Source: an uncultured Solibacteraceae bacterium (GTDB lineage Bacteria > Acidobacteriota > Vicinamibacteria > Vicinamibacterales > SCN-69-37). Taken from it: DNA of 64,000 bases. Numbering within the stretch: position 1 is the stretch's first letter; each line of letters starts with the position of its first letter. The notes beneath the pieces are model-generated. The model had not been told where the DNA came from. It worked only from the letters and a program-made list of their open reading frames with translations, and ran no database searches. The translations under genes and the position numbers were made by a program. Below are positions 52,958 through 61,775 of this stretch, one piece after another. The DNA lies in assembly GCA_964423815.1 (NCBI GenBank), contig CAYRGW010000014.1:505-64504 (forward strand), read 5' to 3'.

Positions 52958-55548
52958 TAACGCCCACCCTCAATCTGCAGCAGGCGCTGTCTAATTTCCG
53001 CGGAGTCAGGAATTGCGTCAAGTCCCGCCCTCAAGGCCTGGCGAGCGAGGGCTGGTTGTTGCAGCTTCAAATACCCTTCTGCCAGCGCCAGGTGCGCAGA
53101 GACCATCAGGGGGTCGAGATGGGCGGCTCCGCGCCACGAGGTGAGTGCCGCGCGTGTATCGCCGGCGCGATCGTGCGCCCAGCCCAGGAAAAATGCCGTG
53201 AGTGCGTGATCGGGCTGGGCCGACTGGGCGTGTGTCCACGCGGTCACCGCCCCGGGGAAGTCCTCACGGATAAACCGTGCGAGGCCTCGCACCGACTGCG
53301 CCACAAAATCCGTGGTCCCGGCGTTCTGCACTGCCGCTTCGGCGCGTTCCCACTGACCGCGTGCGGCGTCTTCCACAGACGCCGCCAATGGCGTGGTGCG
53401 TGATCGTTCGAGCAGGTCAGCGATCAGGGCCTGTCCGAGTTGGCCTTCCACGATGTCCCTGGGTGCAATCGGCGGCGCCGGAGCCGGCATCGGTCGGGCG
53501 GGTGCCGGACCGGCGGTCCCTGGAGCCACGTCCACAAACCGCGTACGTTCCGCGAGGATTGCGCCACTGCTGACCAGTGTCGCGTGGACCACGTACGCTC
53601 CAGGTTCCACGCCCGGCAGGGGAATGGCAATCGGTGCGCGCACCACAAAGCCGCTGCCATCGGACACCGGTGCCGGCAGCGGGGAGGTGTACGAGGCCCG
53701 GGCCTCTTTGCCGTCAGTTGTCCGCACGGTGACGGTCAAACTGAGCGCCTCGAGCTGTGTGGGCACACGCGCGTACGCTTCAATCAGTCCCGTCAGGCCA
53801 TCCTCGGTGTGCGCCACCGCCCGCACGGGCAACGCGGTCGCTTGTGACCCGAGAATGAGATCGCTCACCGCGACGTTGGGTGTGTCCAGGGGGCGAACGT
53901 CGATGCGCCGGTCGGCACTGCCACTCAGGCCGCCAGGCTCACGCACCACGGTTCGCATCAGGTAGTTGCCGGCCGGCAGTGCAAACTGCACACGCCACGT
54001 GCCGGTGCCCAACGCGGCACCCGACTGGGAGGCGACGGGCAAGGGCATCACATCCGACCCACTCGCCACCACACGACCGTCACGTACATCGCGCACGACA
54101 AAAATCACATCCGCCTTGTCCGTCGGCCTGGCCTGCACCGGCAGTTGCGCAGACAGGCTCAGCATCACACGCTGCTGACCAGGCGCGTCCGACTTCAAGA
54201 GGTAGGTCGTGTAGTCGACCTTGAGTCCCTGTTGCACAAACGGGGCTCCAAGGACGGACGAAATGGCCCGCTGCCGATCGGAGACCGACGCCTCGGGCTT
54301 CAGCGAATAACCGGTGCGTGTGCTCACGCGCGCGCCGGGGCGGGTGACCGTCACCGTCACGCGTCGATACACGTTGCGCCCTGATCGCGCTTGTTCAGAG
54401 GGTTCAAAACCAACGAGGTAATAGTCCTGCGCCTGGGCGGCGATCTGTGTAAGGGCGTCTTCACTGCGCGTGGCCGCATCAATGACGAGGGTACCGTCGG
54501 TTTCCACCGCCAGCGTGCCGAGTGGCGCGATGCGCGCCGAGATCTCCGAACCCTGCACGGTGTCGGACGCATACGCCTCGCTGATGGAGGGTCCGCGGCG
54601 ATTGAGATCAAACGCATAAAATACCGAGTAGGTCTGTGCGGCCGCAGCGGCCACCGCCTCGAGTTCACGCGTCAGGTTGTCCTGGAAAAACCCTTCCGAG
54701 AACAACACGACCGACTTACGGCCTTCGATATCACCAAGACCACGGATGACATCGGCCAGTCGCTGCAGGAACTGACGCGATTCGGCATCGGTCTGATTGA
54801 TGATCGTGCGGGCATTTTCGGTCAGCAAGCGGCGCGCGACCCCCATGTCTTCAGCGGCGCCACCGCCCCGACCAGCAACGTTGGTGGAGGCCCCAAGCAG
54901 GTCGCCACCACCCTCGATGGTCAGGCGCGTAATCGTGTCCATGAGCAAACGTTCGTCGCCCTGGGCAATACGATGAGCGTCGTAGGTCGGGATGTTGCCA
55001 AACGGCGTGGCCGCAACGCGCTGATAGGACCCACGCACACGGGCCAACTCTTCGATCACCTTCGCGCGGTCGGACGTGAAGCCAATTTGTGGACCGGGGC
55101 CGGGGATCGCAAACAACGCGACACGATCCGACGGACGCACGTGCCGCCGGATGAACTGCTCCGCGGCCAGGCGGGCACGTTGTTCGTTGCCTGCCGTGAT
55201 GTGCGCCTGATCAAACACCAGCAGATACAGGTGGCCGCGCGGGAATCCTTCGTTGGAGGACACCTCTGCGGTGACCGCCTTGTTGGCGGCATCCACAAAC
55301 TCGTCGGCCGGCTCCGTGATGCGTTGGAACATCAGCGCCGGGCGTGTCACCCCGTTTTCGGTGATGCGCACCTCATCTTGTCGAAGATCCGTGATGGGCC
55401 GGCCTGCGGCATCCACCACGCGGATATCAAGGCGAACCAGATCAATCCCTGATCGGAACGTCAGTTGGGCCTGAGCGAACACACCGACAGTTGCAGCGAC
55501 CACCGCCACCGCTGCCGGCAGGACAACGCGAAAGGGTCTGTGGGCCAC
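52957..55548 (-). CDS. Secreted vWA-like protein with long beta-rich middle region and C-terminal TPR domain
   Basis: 863 aa. The N-terminal layout matches the 51686-52957 protein (LTFRSGIDLVRLDIRVVD..GRPITDLRQDEVRITENG; YLLVFDQAHIT...VVLFSEG). The C-terminal ~170 aa are TPR-like. Confidence 0.7.
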   Translation of the reverse strand: MAHRPFRVVLPAAVAVVAATVGVFAQAQLTFRSGIDLVRLDIRVVDAAGRPITDLRQDEVRITENGVTRPALMFQRITEPADEFVDAANKAVTAEVSSNEGFPRGHLYLLVFDQAHITAGNEQRARLAAEQFIRRHVRPSDRVALFAIPGPGPQIGFTSDRAKVIEELARVRGSYQRVAATPFGNIPTYDAHRIAQGDERLLMDTITRLTIEGGGDLLGASTNVAGRGGGAAEDMGVARRLLTENARTIINQTDAESRQFLQRLADVIRGLGDIEGRKSVVLFSEGFFQDNLTRELEAVAAAAAQTYSVFYAFDLNRRGPSISEAYASDTVQGSEISARIAPLGTLAVETDGTLVIDAATRSEDALTQIAAQAQDYYLVGFEPSEQARSGRNVYRRVTVTVTRPGARVSTRTGYSLKPEASVSDRQRAISSVLGAPFVQQGLKVDYTTYLLKSDAPGQQRVMLSLSAQLPVQARPTDKADVIFVVRDVRDGRVVASGSDVMPLPVASQSGAALGTGTWRVQFALPAGNYLMRTVVREPGGLSGSADRRIDVRPLDTPNVAVSDLILGSQATALPVRAVAHTEDGLTGLIEAYARVPTQLEALSLTVTVRTTDGKEARASYTSPLPAPVSDGSGFVVRAPIAIPLPGVEPGAYVVHATLVSSGAILAERTRFVDVAPGTAGPAPARPMPAPAPPIAPRDIVEGQLGQALIADLLERSRTTPLAASVEDAARGQWERAEAAVQNAGTTDFVAQSVRGLARFIREDFPGAVTAWTHAQSAQPDHALTAFFLGWAHDRAGDTRAALTSWRGAAHLDPLMVSAHLALAEGYLKLQQPALARQALRAGLDAIPDSAEIRQRLLQIEGGR

Positions 55549-55557
55549 GAGGTGATT

Positions 55558-57747
55558 CTACCGTGCGGGAGGACCGCTGATCCCAGCACGGGTACGGGCG
55601 GCGGCCGCACGGGCGGGCTCGCCGAACAATGTCCACAGTTGAGCGGCGGCGACGTCCGCCTCGACGCCGGCGTGTCTGCGGCCCTCCGTTTCAAGGGCCT
55701 GGACGGTCGCCATCGCCTCCGCCCGTCGCCCGGTGGTCCAGAACACCATGGCCAGCCCTGTCCGAGCCCGGACGTGGTGGGGAAACGCGGCGATCTCCGC
55801 CTCGAAGAGGGGGGCCGCCTCAGTGAAGCGCTGTTCGCGTGCCAGGGCGTCGGCGAGCACATACCGCACGTCGGCGATCTGCTCCGTCCTGGCCGTCAGC
55901 GCCTGCACGGCCTGTGTGAGCGGGGGAATCGCCGCGGCGTAGGCCCCGGAGTTGTAGAGCATCAGACCCTCGACAAACTCGGGCATGGGCAGCGACGGGT
56001 CTGCCGCCTTCGCCGCCGCCGCGTGGGTGCGCGCCGCCGCGGTGTCCCCCCGCTGCAGGGCCAGGCGCGCCAGCAACTCGTGCGCACTGGCAGGCGCGAC
56101 ATCAACCGCCAACTCTGCATGTGCCCGCGCACTGTCGAATTGTCCGGCCTGCACGTACAGCGCCGCTGCGCCGATCAAGGCGGCGGCGTTTTTGCCGTCC
56201 CGGTTGATGACCTGACGATAGGCCTCAAGCGCCTCGGTGCGTTGGCCGGCGCGTTCTCTCGCGTTGGCGAGTTGCAGCCAGCCGTCGACCATGTCCGGTT
56301 CAGCCTGCAGCAACACCGCGTAGGCGGCACTGGCCTCCAGCCATTTGCCTTCCGATGCGAGTGACGACGCCCGCTGGTAACGTCGGAGGACTTCGATTTT
56401 GTCCTTGGGATCTGCGCGTTGTGTCGACGGGTCGTCTGGCTGCGAAGTGGTCTGAGAGCCGACGTAGCCCAGCGCGGCGAGTCGCTGCCGATCGGACGCC
56501 GACACGGCGGAGGGCGCGCTCACGGTGGTACCAGCGATCAGTGTGTCCAGCGCGCGCCGCATCGCCGCATGGACCTGCGCGCGTTCGTCGACGATCGAAC
56601 GTGTCTCGCGAGGATCAACGGCGAGGTCAAACAACTCGTCGCGTGGCGCACGAATCAGCCGATACCGGTCGTCGGTGAGCGCATACAGCTCACTCCATCC
56701 GAAATGATACCGAGGCGACATGGCCTCCGCGTAGATGGTGGCCGGGGGGAGGTCCGTGGCACCGTCGAGTGCCGGCACGAGTGAGCGTCCGGTCAACGCC
56801 GGGTCCGCGGGGACGCCAGTCAGGCTGAGGATCGTCGGCACCAGGTCGATGTGCTGCACCGGCGCGGCGACGCGGCGTCCGGCCCCGGGACTGCCTGGAC
56901 GCTTGATCACCAGCGGCGTATGGATCGTTGATCGGTACAGGAACAGGCCGTGTTCGTCCTCGCCGTGATCGCCCAGTCCCTCGCCGTGATCGGACAAGAG
57001 CACGATCGTTGCGTTGTCATAGTCGCCGCGTTCGCGCAGGGCGGCGATGACCTGGCCAACGATCGCATCGGCATAGGTGACCTCACCGTCGTAGCGGTCG
57101 CCCGACGCCGGCACCACCGGAGGCGTGTAGGGCGCGTGCGGTTCGTAGATGTGAAAAAAGAGGAAATATTTTGCGGAGGTCTGTGCGCGCAGCCAGGCCA
57201 CAGCCGCGGTTGCGGTGTCCGTGCCGGCGCGCTGGACCATTCCAAGCGGGCGGTCCGGACCCGCCGCCGGCAGACGGTCGTCGTAGGTATCAAACCCTCG
57301 GTCGAGCCCGACTTGTCGTCGCAACACAAACGAAGAGACAAATGCTGCGGTGCCGTAGCCCGCGTCTTTGAGTCGAAGGGCGAGGGTTGTGGTGTCGGGT
57401 GGCACCACAAACCCCACGTTGTCCCGCACCCCATGCACAAACGGCAAGCGCCCCGTGAAGATGGACGTGTGTGAGGGCAACGTCTGCGGTGAGTGCGCGT
57501 ACGCGTTCTCAAACACCACGCCGTCGGCGGCCAGTTGATCGATCGTGGGTGCGACGCCCTGGCGATAACCGTATACCGGCAACCGGTCGGCGCGCAGGGT
57601 ATCAATCGAGATCACAATCACCGGTCCATCGGCGCTGTGTGTATTCGCCCACTTCGTGACGAACAGCAGTGCGATCGCGAACATGACCACCACAGTTAAT
57701 CCGTAGGGCCACGTCAGGAATCTGCGGGCGGGGGAGCGATCCGACAT
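55558..57747 (-). CDS. Membrane-anchored AP-superfamily ('sulfatase-like') enzyme + TPR (paralog 2)
   Basis: 729 aa. TM, then VISIDTLRADRLP, PQTLPSHTSIFTGRLPFVHGVRDN, SDHGEGLGDHGEDEHG, and a C-terminal TPR domain. Trimmed from 55558-58098 to ATG 57747 (MSDRSPARRF...). Confidence 0.8.
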   Translation of the reverse strand: MSDRSPARRFLTWPYGLTVVVMFAIALLFVTKWANTHSADGPVIVISIDTLRADRLPVYGYRQGVAPTIDQLAADGVVFENAYAHSPQTLPSHTSIFTGRLPFVHGVRDNVGFVVPPDTTTLALRLKDAGYGTAAFVSSFVLRRQVGLDRGFDTYDDRLPAAGPDRPLGMVQRAGTDTATAAVAWLRAQTSAKYFLFFHIYEPHAPYTPPVVPASGDRYDGEVTYADAIVGQVIAALRERGDYDNATIVLLSDHGEGLGDHGEDEHGLFLYRSTIHTPLVIKRPGSPGAGRRVAAPVQHIDLVPTILSLTGVPADPALTGRSLVPALDGATDLPPATIYAEAMSPRYHFGWSELYALTDDRYRLIRAPRDELFDLAVDPRETRSIVDERAQVHAAMRRALDTLIAGTTVSAPSAVSASDRQRLAALGYVGSQTTSQPDDPSTQRADPKDKIEVLRRYQRASSLASEGKWLEASAAYAVLLQAEPDMVDGWLQLANARERAGQRTEALEAYRQVINRDGKNAAALIGAAALYVQAGQFDSARAHAELAVDVAPASAHELLARLALQRGDTAAARTHAAAAKAADPSLPMPEFVEGLMLYNSGAYAAAIPPLTQAVQALTARTEQIADVRYVLADALAREQRFTEAAPLFEAEIAAFPHHVRARTGLAMVFWTTGRRAEAMATVQALETEGRRHAGVEADVAAAQLWTLFGEPARAAAARTRAGISGPPAR

Positions 57748-57856
57748 GTGAATGTGATCAAGTATAACGATCGTCCCCCAGACGGACCGTTGGATAGTGA
57801 CGTTCAACTTCTTGGTTTGGTCGAAGGGATCGCGCCGGACCCACCAGGTCCCGGAG

Positions 57857-57872
57857 CGGGGGCGTCCTTGCA
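57857..57872 (+). promoter_or_regulatory. Weaker sigma-54-like element CGGGGGCGTCCTTGCA
   Basis: GG-N10-GC with a perfect TTGCA(C) -12 box. It ends 65 nt before ATG 57937, essentially the same distance as the element before paralog A (64 nt). Confidence 0.2.
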
Positions 57873-57936
57873 CTACCCCCTGCAACGGTCCCGTGAGCAG
57901 GCGATGAGCGTCTGCTGTTCGGGAGTGGAGGAATAC

Positions 57937-60879
57937 ATGACACAACACATGGTGAGAGTGGTCCTGATGGTCCTTTGTCTCGCTGCCAGCGCAATGCCCG
58001 CATTCGCACAAACGTTTACGGGACGCATTGACGTGATGGTGGTGGATGGCACGGGGGCGGTGTTGCCGGGCGTCACGGTCGAGTTGACCGGGCCGCAAGC
58101 GACCAACGCCGTCACGAACGAGCGCGGGGAAGCACGTTTCCTGAATCTCGCGCCAGGGAAATACGCCGTGACAGCCAGACTGTCCGGCTTTGGCGACTAT
58201 CGCAATATCGACGTCCCGGTGGGTGCCGGTTCGATCGTGTCGCTGAAGGCGACGATGGCTGTGGCGGGTATGGCGACGTCGGTCGATGTGCGGGCGGTGA
58301 CGCCGGTCATCGAAACGAAGCGTCAGACGATTTCGACCAACGTATCGCTTGATGAGCTGCAGGGGATTCCGACGGCGCGCGACCCCTGGGTCGTGTTGCA
58401 GACGGTCCCCAGCGTGATTGTCGACCGTGTCAACGTGGGTGGGGCCGAGTCGGGTCAGCAGTCCAACTACGTGGCGAAAGGCGCCCGCGGCGGCGAAAAC
58501 ACGTGGAACATCGATGGCATCGCCATCACCGACATGGGCTCGCTTGGGTCGTCACCGACGTACTACGACTTCGACATGTTCCAGGAGATGCAGATGACGA
58601 CCGGTGGCGCGGATCCCACCACGCCAACGCCCGGTGTGCAGCTGAACTTCGTGCTGCGCGGCGGCACCAACTCCTGGCGTGGATCGGCGCGGTACTACTT
58701 CGAGAACAACGATCTGCAGTCCGACAACCTCTCCGACAGTCTGCGTGGGACGTTGGGCAGCTACAATCGCGTGAACACCTACAAGGACTACGGTTTTGAG
58801 TTCGGCGGTCCGATCCTCAAGAACCGTCTGTTCATGTGGGGCGCGTTTGGCAAGACCGAACCCGAGATGGACATCTACACGTACAGCGCGAACACGCGCA
58901 ATCTGGTGGTGCCGTCCAAGGGCTGTGGCCCGACGGAACGGATGACCGCCGCCGGGGGCGCGTACGCACTGAGCTCGCGCGACTGCACCACGCTCGAGAA
59001 CTACTCGGCCAAACTGAATGCGGAAATCAACGCGAACACGCGCGCGAATTTCACCTTCTTCCAGGGAAACAAACTGAAGGCTGGTCGTGGCGCCTCAGCC
59101 ACACGTACGGCCGAGACGTCGTGGAACCAGGACGGTCCGACATCGATGTACAAGGGCGAGATCAACCGAACCGTCGGCAACAGCCTGTTCCTGACCGCGC
59201 GGTACGCCCATGTGGAAAGTGAGTTCAGCCTCGTGCCGATCGGCGGCATGGACGCGCTGCACTATCGTGACGATGCCCGGGTGCACAACGGAAGCTACTT
59301 CCAGTACGCGACCAAGCGGCCGCAGGACAACGTCAACGCCGAGGGCAACTTCTTCAAGGGCAACCACGAGCTCAAGTTCGGCTTCGGGTGGCGGTCGGCG
59401 GCGGTGACATCCGAAAGCGGCTGGCCCGGTGTCGGGATCCAGACGCGCCACGCGACGTATCCGGCCATGACGGCCGTCATCGTGCGCGACTGGGCATCAG
59501 CTTCAGAGGGCAAATACTGGAGCGCCTATGCGGGCGACACCATCAGCTTTGATCGGCTGACGGTGAACCTCGGCCTGCGCTGGGATCGTTCGATCAGCAG
59601 CATCGCGGCGGCCTCGGTCCCCGGCAACACGGTCGTGCCGAACCTGCTGCCCGCGCTTGATGCGCCTGCGGTGAAGGACGCGATTGTCTGGAACACGATC
59701 ACACCGCGTGTGGGTGTGACGTACGCGCTCAACGACTCGCGGAAGACCATCGCGCGCGCAAGTTATTCGACGTTTGCGTCGCAGTTGGACGCCAATCGAT
59801 CGGCACTCATTGCCTCAGCGATTCCCTATTACTCCTATGTCTACTACCGCGTGACCGATACCAACGGCAACCGGGCGGCGGACGCGGCGGAAGTGGCGGC
59901 GGGAACGTTCCTGGGGACCGCTGGATTTGATCCCAGCAATCCGCTGGGTGGCAACCCGGACACCATTGGCGACTACGGCGTGCCGCGCACGCACGAAGTG
60001 GTGCTGGGCCTCGAACACGAACTGCGCGCCAATTTCGGCCTGTCAGGGTCATTTACGTGGCGGAAGTACACGAACTTCAACTGGCTGCACCACCGCGGTG
60101 TGACCGGCGCGAATTTCGTGAGCGCCGGCAACGTGACCGGAACCGTGGCCCCGATCGGCAGCTACTCGATTCCCCTCTACAACGTGGATCCGGCGGCCCT
60201 GCCGGCAGACAACGGTCGCGTCTATGAGAACCGTCCGGGGTACACGCAGCAGTTCTGGGGGCTTGAGTTTGCCGCCACCAAACGTATGTCCAACAACTGG
60301 ATGATGCGCGCGGGGTTCTCGACTGGCGAACACACCGAAGACTTCAAGGACGATGGAGCGAGGTTTGATCCCACGCCAAACCTGCCGCTCGCGGGAACGC
60401 CACTTGCCTCACCCAACGTGAGCGGCGGTCTTGTGCTGACGCAGACCGCGGGCAGCGGCAAGAGCAACGTGTTCCTGGTGGCGCCGAAGTATCAGTTCAT
60501 CCTGACGTCGGCCTACCAGGCGCGATACGGCATCAACCTCGGCATGAACTACGTGGCACGCCAGGGGTATTCGACGCCGTATTACCTCGGTGAACACGCC
60601 GGCACCGAGGATGACTTGAACCCGAGCGGACGCAACATCCTGCTGTCAACCGACATCGGGGATGCCCGCCTGCCGATGGTGCATTCGTTTGATGCCCGCA
60701 TCAGCAAGGTGCTGAAGGTGAGCCGTCTGACGGCAGACGTCGACCTCGACTTCTTCAACCTGTTCAACACGTCGACGATCCTCGGCCGCCAGTTTGATCT
60801 CAATGCGACCAACGGCGACCAGCCGCTCGAGATCATGAACCCGCGGGTGGTGCGACTGGGATTGCGCGTGAGGTTCTGA
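57937..60879 (+). CDS. TonB-dependent-receptor-like outer-membrane protein with CarboxypepD_reg domain (paralog B)
   Basis: 980 aa. MTQHMVRVVLMVLCLAASAMPAFAQTFTGRIDVMVVDGTGAVLPGVTVELTG... and C-terminal ...LGLRVRF. The RBS context GGAGGAATACATGACA nearly matches paralog A (GGAGGATACATGACA). Trimmed from 57748-60879. Confidence 0.85.
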   Translation: MTQHMVRVVLMVLCLAASAMPAFAQTFTGRIDVMVVDGTGAVLPGVTVELTGPQATNAVTNERGEARFLNLAPGKYAVTARLSGFGDYRNIDVPVGAGSIVSLKATMAVAGMATSVDVRAVTPVIETKRQTISTNVSLDELQGIPTARDPWVVLQTVPSVIVDRVNVGGAESGQQSNYVAKGARGGENTWNIDGIAITDMGSLGSSPTYYDFDMFQEMQMTTGGADPTTPTPGVQLNFVLRGGTNSWRGSARYYFENNDLQSDNLSDSLRGTLGSYNRVNTYKDYGFEFGGPILKNRLFMWGAFGKTEPEMDIYTYSANTRNLVVPSKGCGPTERMTAAGGAYALSSRDCTTLENYSAKLNAEINANTRANFTFFQGNKLKAGRGASATRTAETSWNQDGPTSMYKGEINRTVGNSLFLTARYAHVESEFSLVPIGGMDALHYRDDARVHNGSYFQYATKRPQDNVNAEGNFFKGNHELKFGFGWRSAAVTSESGWPGVGIQTRHATYPAMTAVIVRDWASASEGKYWSAYAGDTISFDRLTVNLGLRWDRSISSIAAASVPGNTVVPNLLPALDAPAVKDAIVWNTITPRVGVTYALNDSRKTIARASYSTFASQLDANRSALIASAIPYYSYVYYRVTDTNGNRAADAAEVAAGTFLGTAGFDPSNPLGGNPDTIGDYGVPRTHEVVLGLEHELRANFGLSGSFTWRKYTNFNWLHHRGVTGANFVSAGNVTGTVAPIGSYSIPLYNVDPAALPADNGRVYENRPGYTQQFWGLEFAATKRMSNNWMMRAGFSTGEHTEDFKDDGARFDPTPNLPLAGTPLASPNVSGGLVLTQTAGSGKSNVFLVAPKYQFILTSAYQARYGINLGMNYVARQGYSTPYYLGEHAGTEDDLNPSGRNILLSTDIGDARLPMVHSFDARISKVLKVSRLTADVDLDFFNLFNTSTILGRQFDLNATNGDQPLEIMNPRVVRLGLRVRF

Positions 60880-60909
60880 TCCCAGTACGAAGATAGATGC
60901 ACAGCGGGA

Positions 60910-60957
60910 CATGGAGGGCTGGGAGTTTTCTTGAAAAAAAACTCTCAGTCCTTCATG
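60910..60957 (+). terminator. Long strand-specific hairpin after paralog B
   Basis: CATGGAGGGCTGGGAGTTTT (60910-60929) pairs with AAAACTCTCAGTCCTTCATG (60938-60957). That is 20 positions with 3 G:U pairs on the plus-strand RNA; the same positions would be C:A mismatches on the minus strand. A T-rich run lies about 15 nt downstream. Confidence 0.4.
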
Positions 60958-60981
60958 TCTCGGTGTGAATTATTTTTTGGA

Positions 60982-61773
60982 CTAACGCGCGATTGTCGCA
61001 ATCACAAGCGCGTAGGTCGTGCGCGCGGTTTTTTCGAGATACGCCAGCCGCGTGCCGTCGATCGACCAGGCGGGCAGGGTCACCGCCTTGGTGGACTCGA
61101 TGCGTCGGGCTTTCCCTCCGCGATCCATCACGGCAAGTTGTCCCGACTTGTCCGCAAACGCGATGAGGCCGACGCCTTTGGGCGCCCATCCAAACGTGAG
61201 GCCGGGCACGATCGGATGATTTTCCCAGTACCCCACCACTTCGCCGCCCAGCACCATGGAGTAGACGTTCACATTGCCCGACTGCGCGGCCGCAACCGCG
61301 ACGGTCTCTGCAGAAATAGCGCCGCCGGTGTCCACGCCGCCACGGGCGAGATCACCACCCATGGGAGTGGCAGTCGCCGATTGAATCTTCTTTTCGGACC
61401 TGACGTCGATCTTCCACGATGGGTCGTCTGGCGAGGCCTGTCCTGACTTCCACTGCAAATAGGCGACGGCCCATGAGGGTGGGGTATCCACCTGGCGTGG
61501 TGCGCCGCCGGTGACCGGAATCACATAATGAAACGTGTTCCTGACACTGGCATCCCGATTGGCTTCGTACGTCTGCAGATACAACTCGGTCTGATCCGGG
61601 GACCAGGCCAGTTGCCGGACGAGTGGACCTTTCAGACGCCGCATGTCGAACTCGACCACCGGCGCGGACGGGGTGACGACGACGGACGCGGCGGTGGCCG
61701 GAGGGGCCTGCGCCGCCTGGCCCTCGGCAGGGCACAGCGCGAGGACACACGACAGCAATAGTGTGGACATCAT
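60982..61773 (-). CDS. Secreted hypothetical protein with PD40/TolB-like propeller repeats
   Basis: 263 aa. Signal peptide MMSTLLLSCVLALCPAEGQA. Repeats LAWSPDQTELY and PAWSIDGTRLAY resemble WD40-like PD40 motifs. It starts 2 nt after the upstream stop. Confidence 0.6.
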   Translation of the reverse strand: MMSTLLLSCVLALCPAEGQAAQAPPATAASVVVTPSAPVVEFDMRRLKGPLVRQLAWSPDQTELYLQTYEANRDASVRNTFHYVIPVTGGAPRQVDTPPSWAVAYLQWKSGQASPDDPSWKIDVRSEKKIQSATATPMGGDLARGGVDTGGAISAETVAVAAAQSGNVNVYSMVLGGEVVGYWENHPIVPGLTFGWAPKGVGLIAFADKSGQLAVMDRGGKARRIESTKAVTLPAWSIDGTRLAYLEKTARTTYALVIATIAR

Positions 61774-61775
61774 CC

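Noticed and set aside
55558-58098. N-terminal extensions of track ORFs. Examples: 55558-58098, 57748-60879, 21467-24787, 9818-13036, 27213-30047, 30417-31736, 5965-7320, 13756-16338, 16766-18292, 18960-21260, 44458-45351.
   Set aside because: The extensions are Arg/His-rich, overlap the neighbouring gene or divergent promoter, and precede an internal ATG. That ATG gives a proper signal peptide, TM or Tat motif and often an ATGA-type junction with the upstream gene. I trimmed the starts accordingly; exact starts remain predictions.
60931-61446. 171-aa plus-strand ORF starting in the A-run of the terminator hairpin.
   Set aside because: It is antisense to the PD40-repeat gene (60982-61773), which has a signal peptide and repeat motifs. 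It has no RBS and no motifs.
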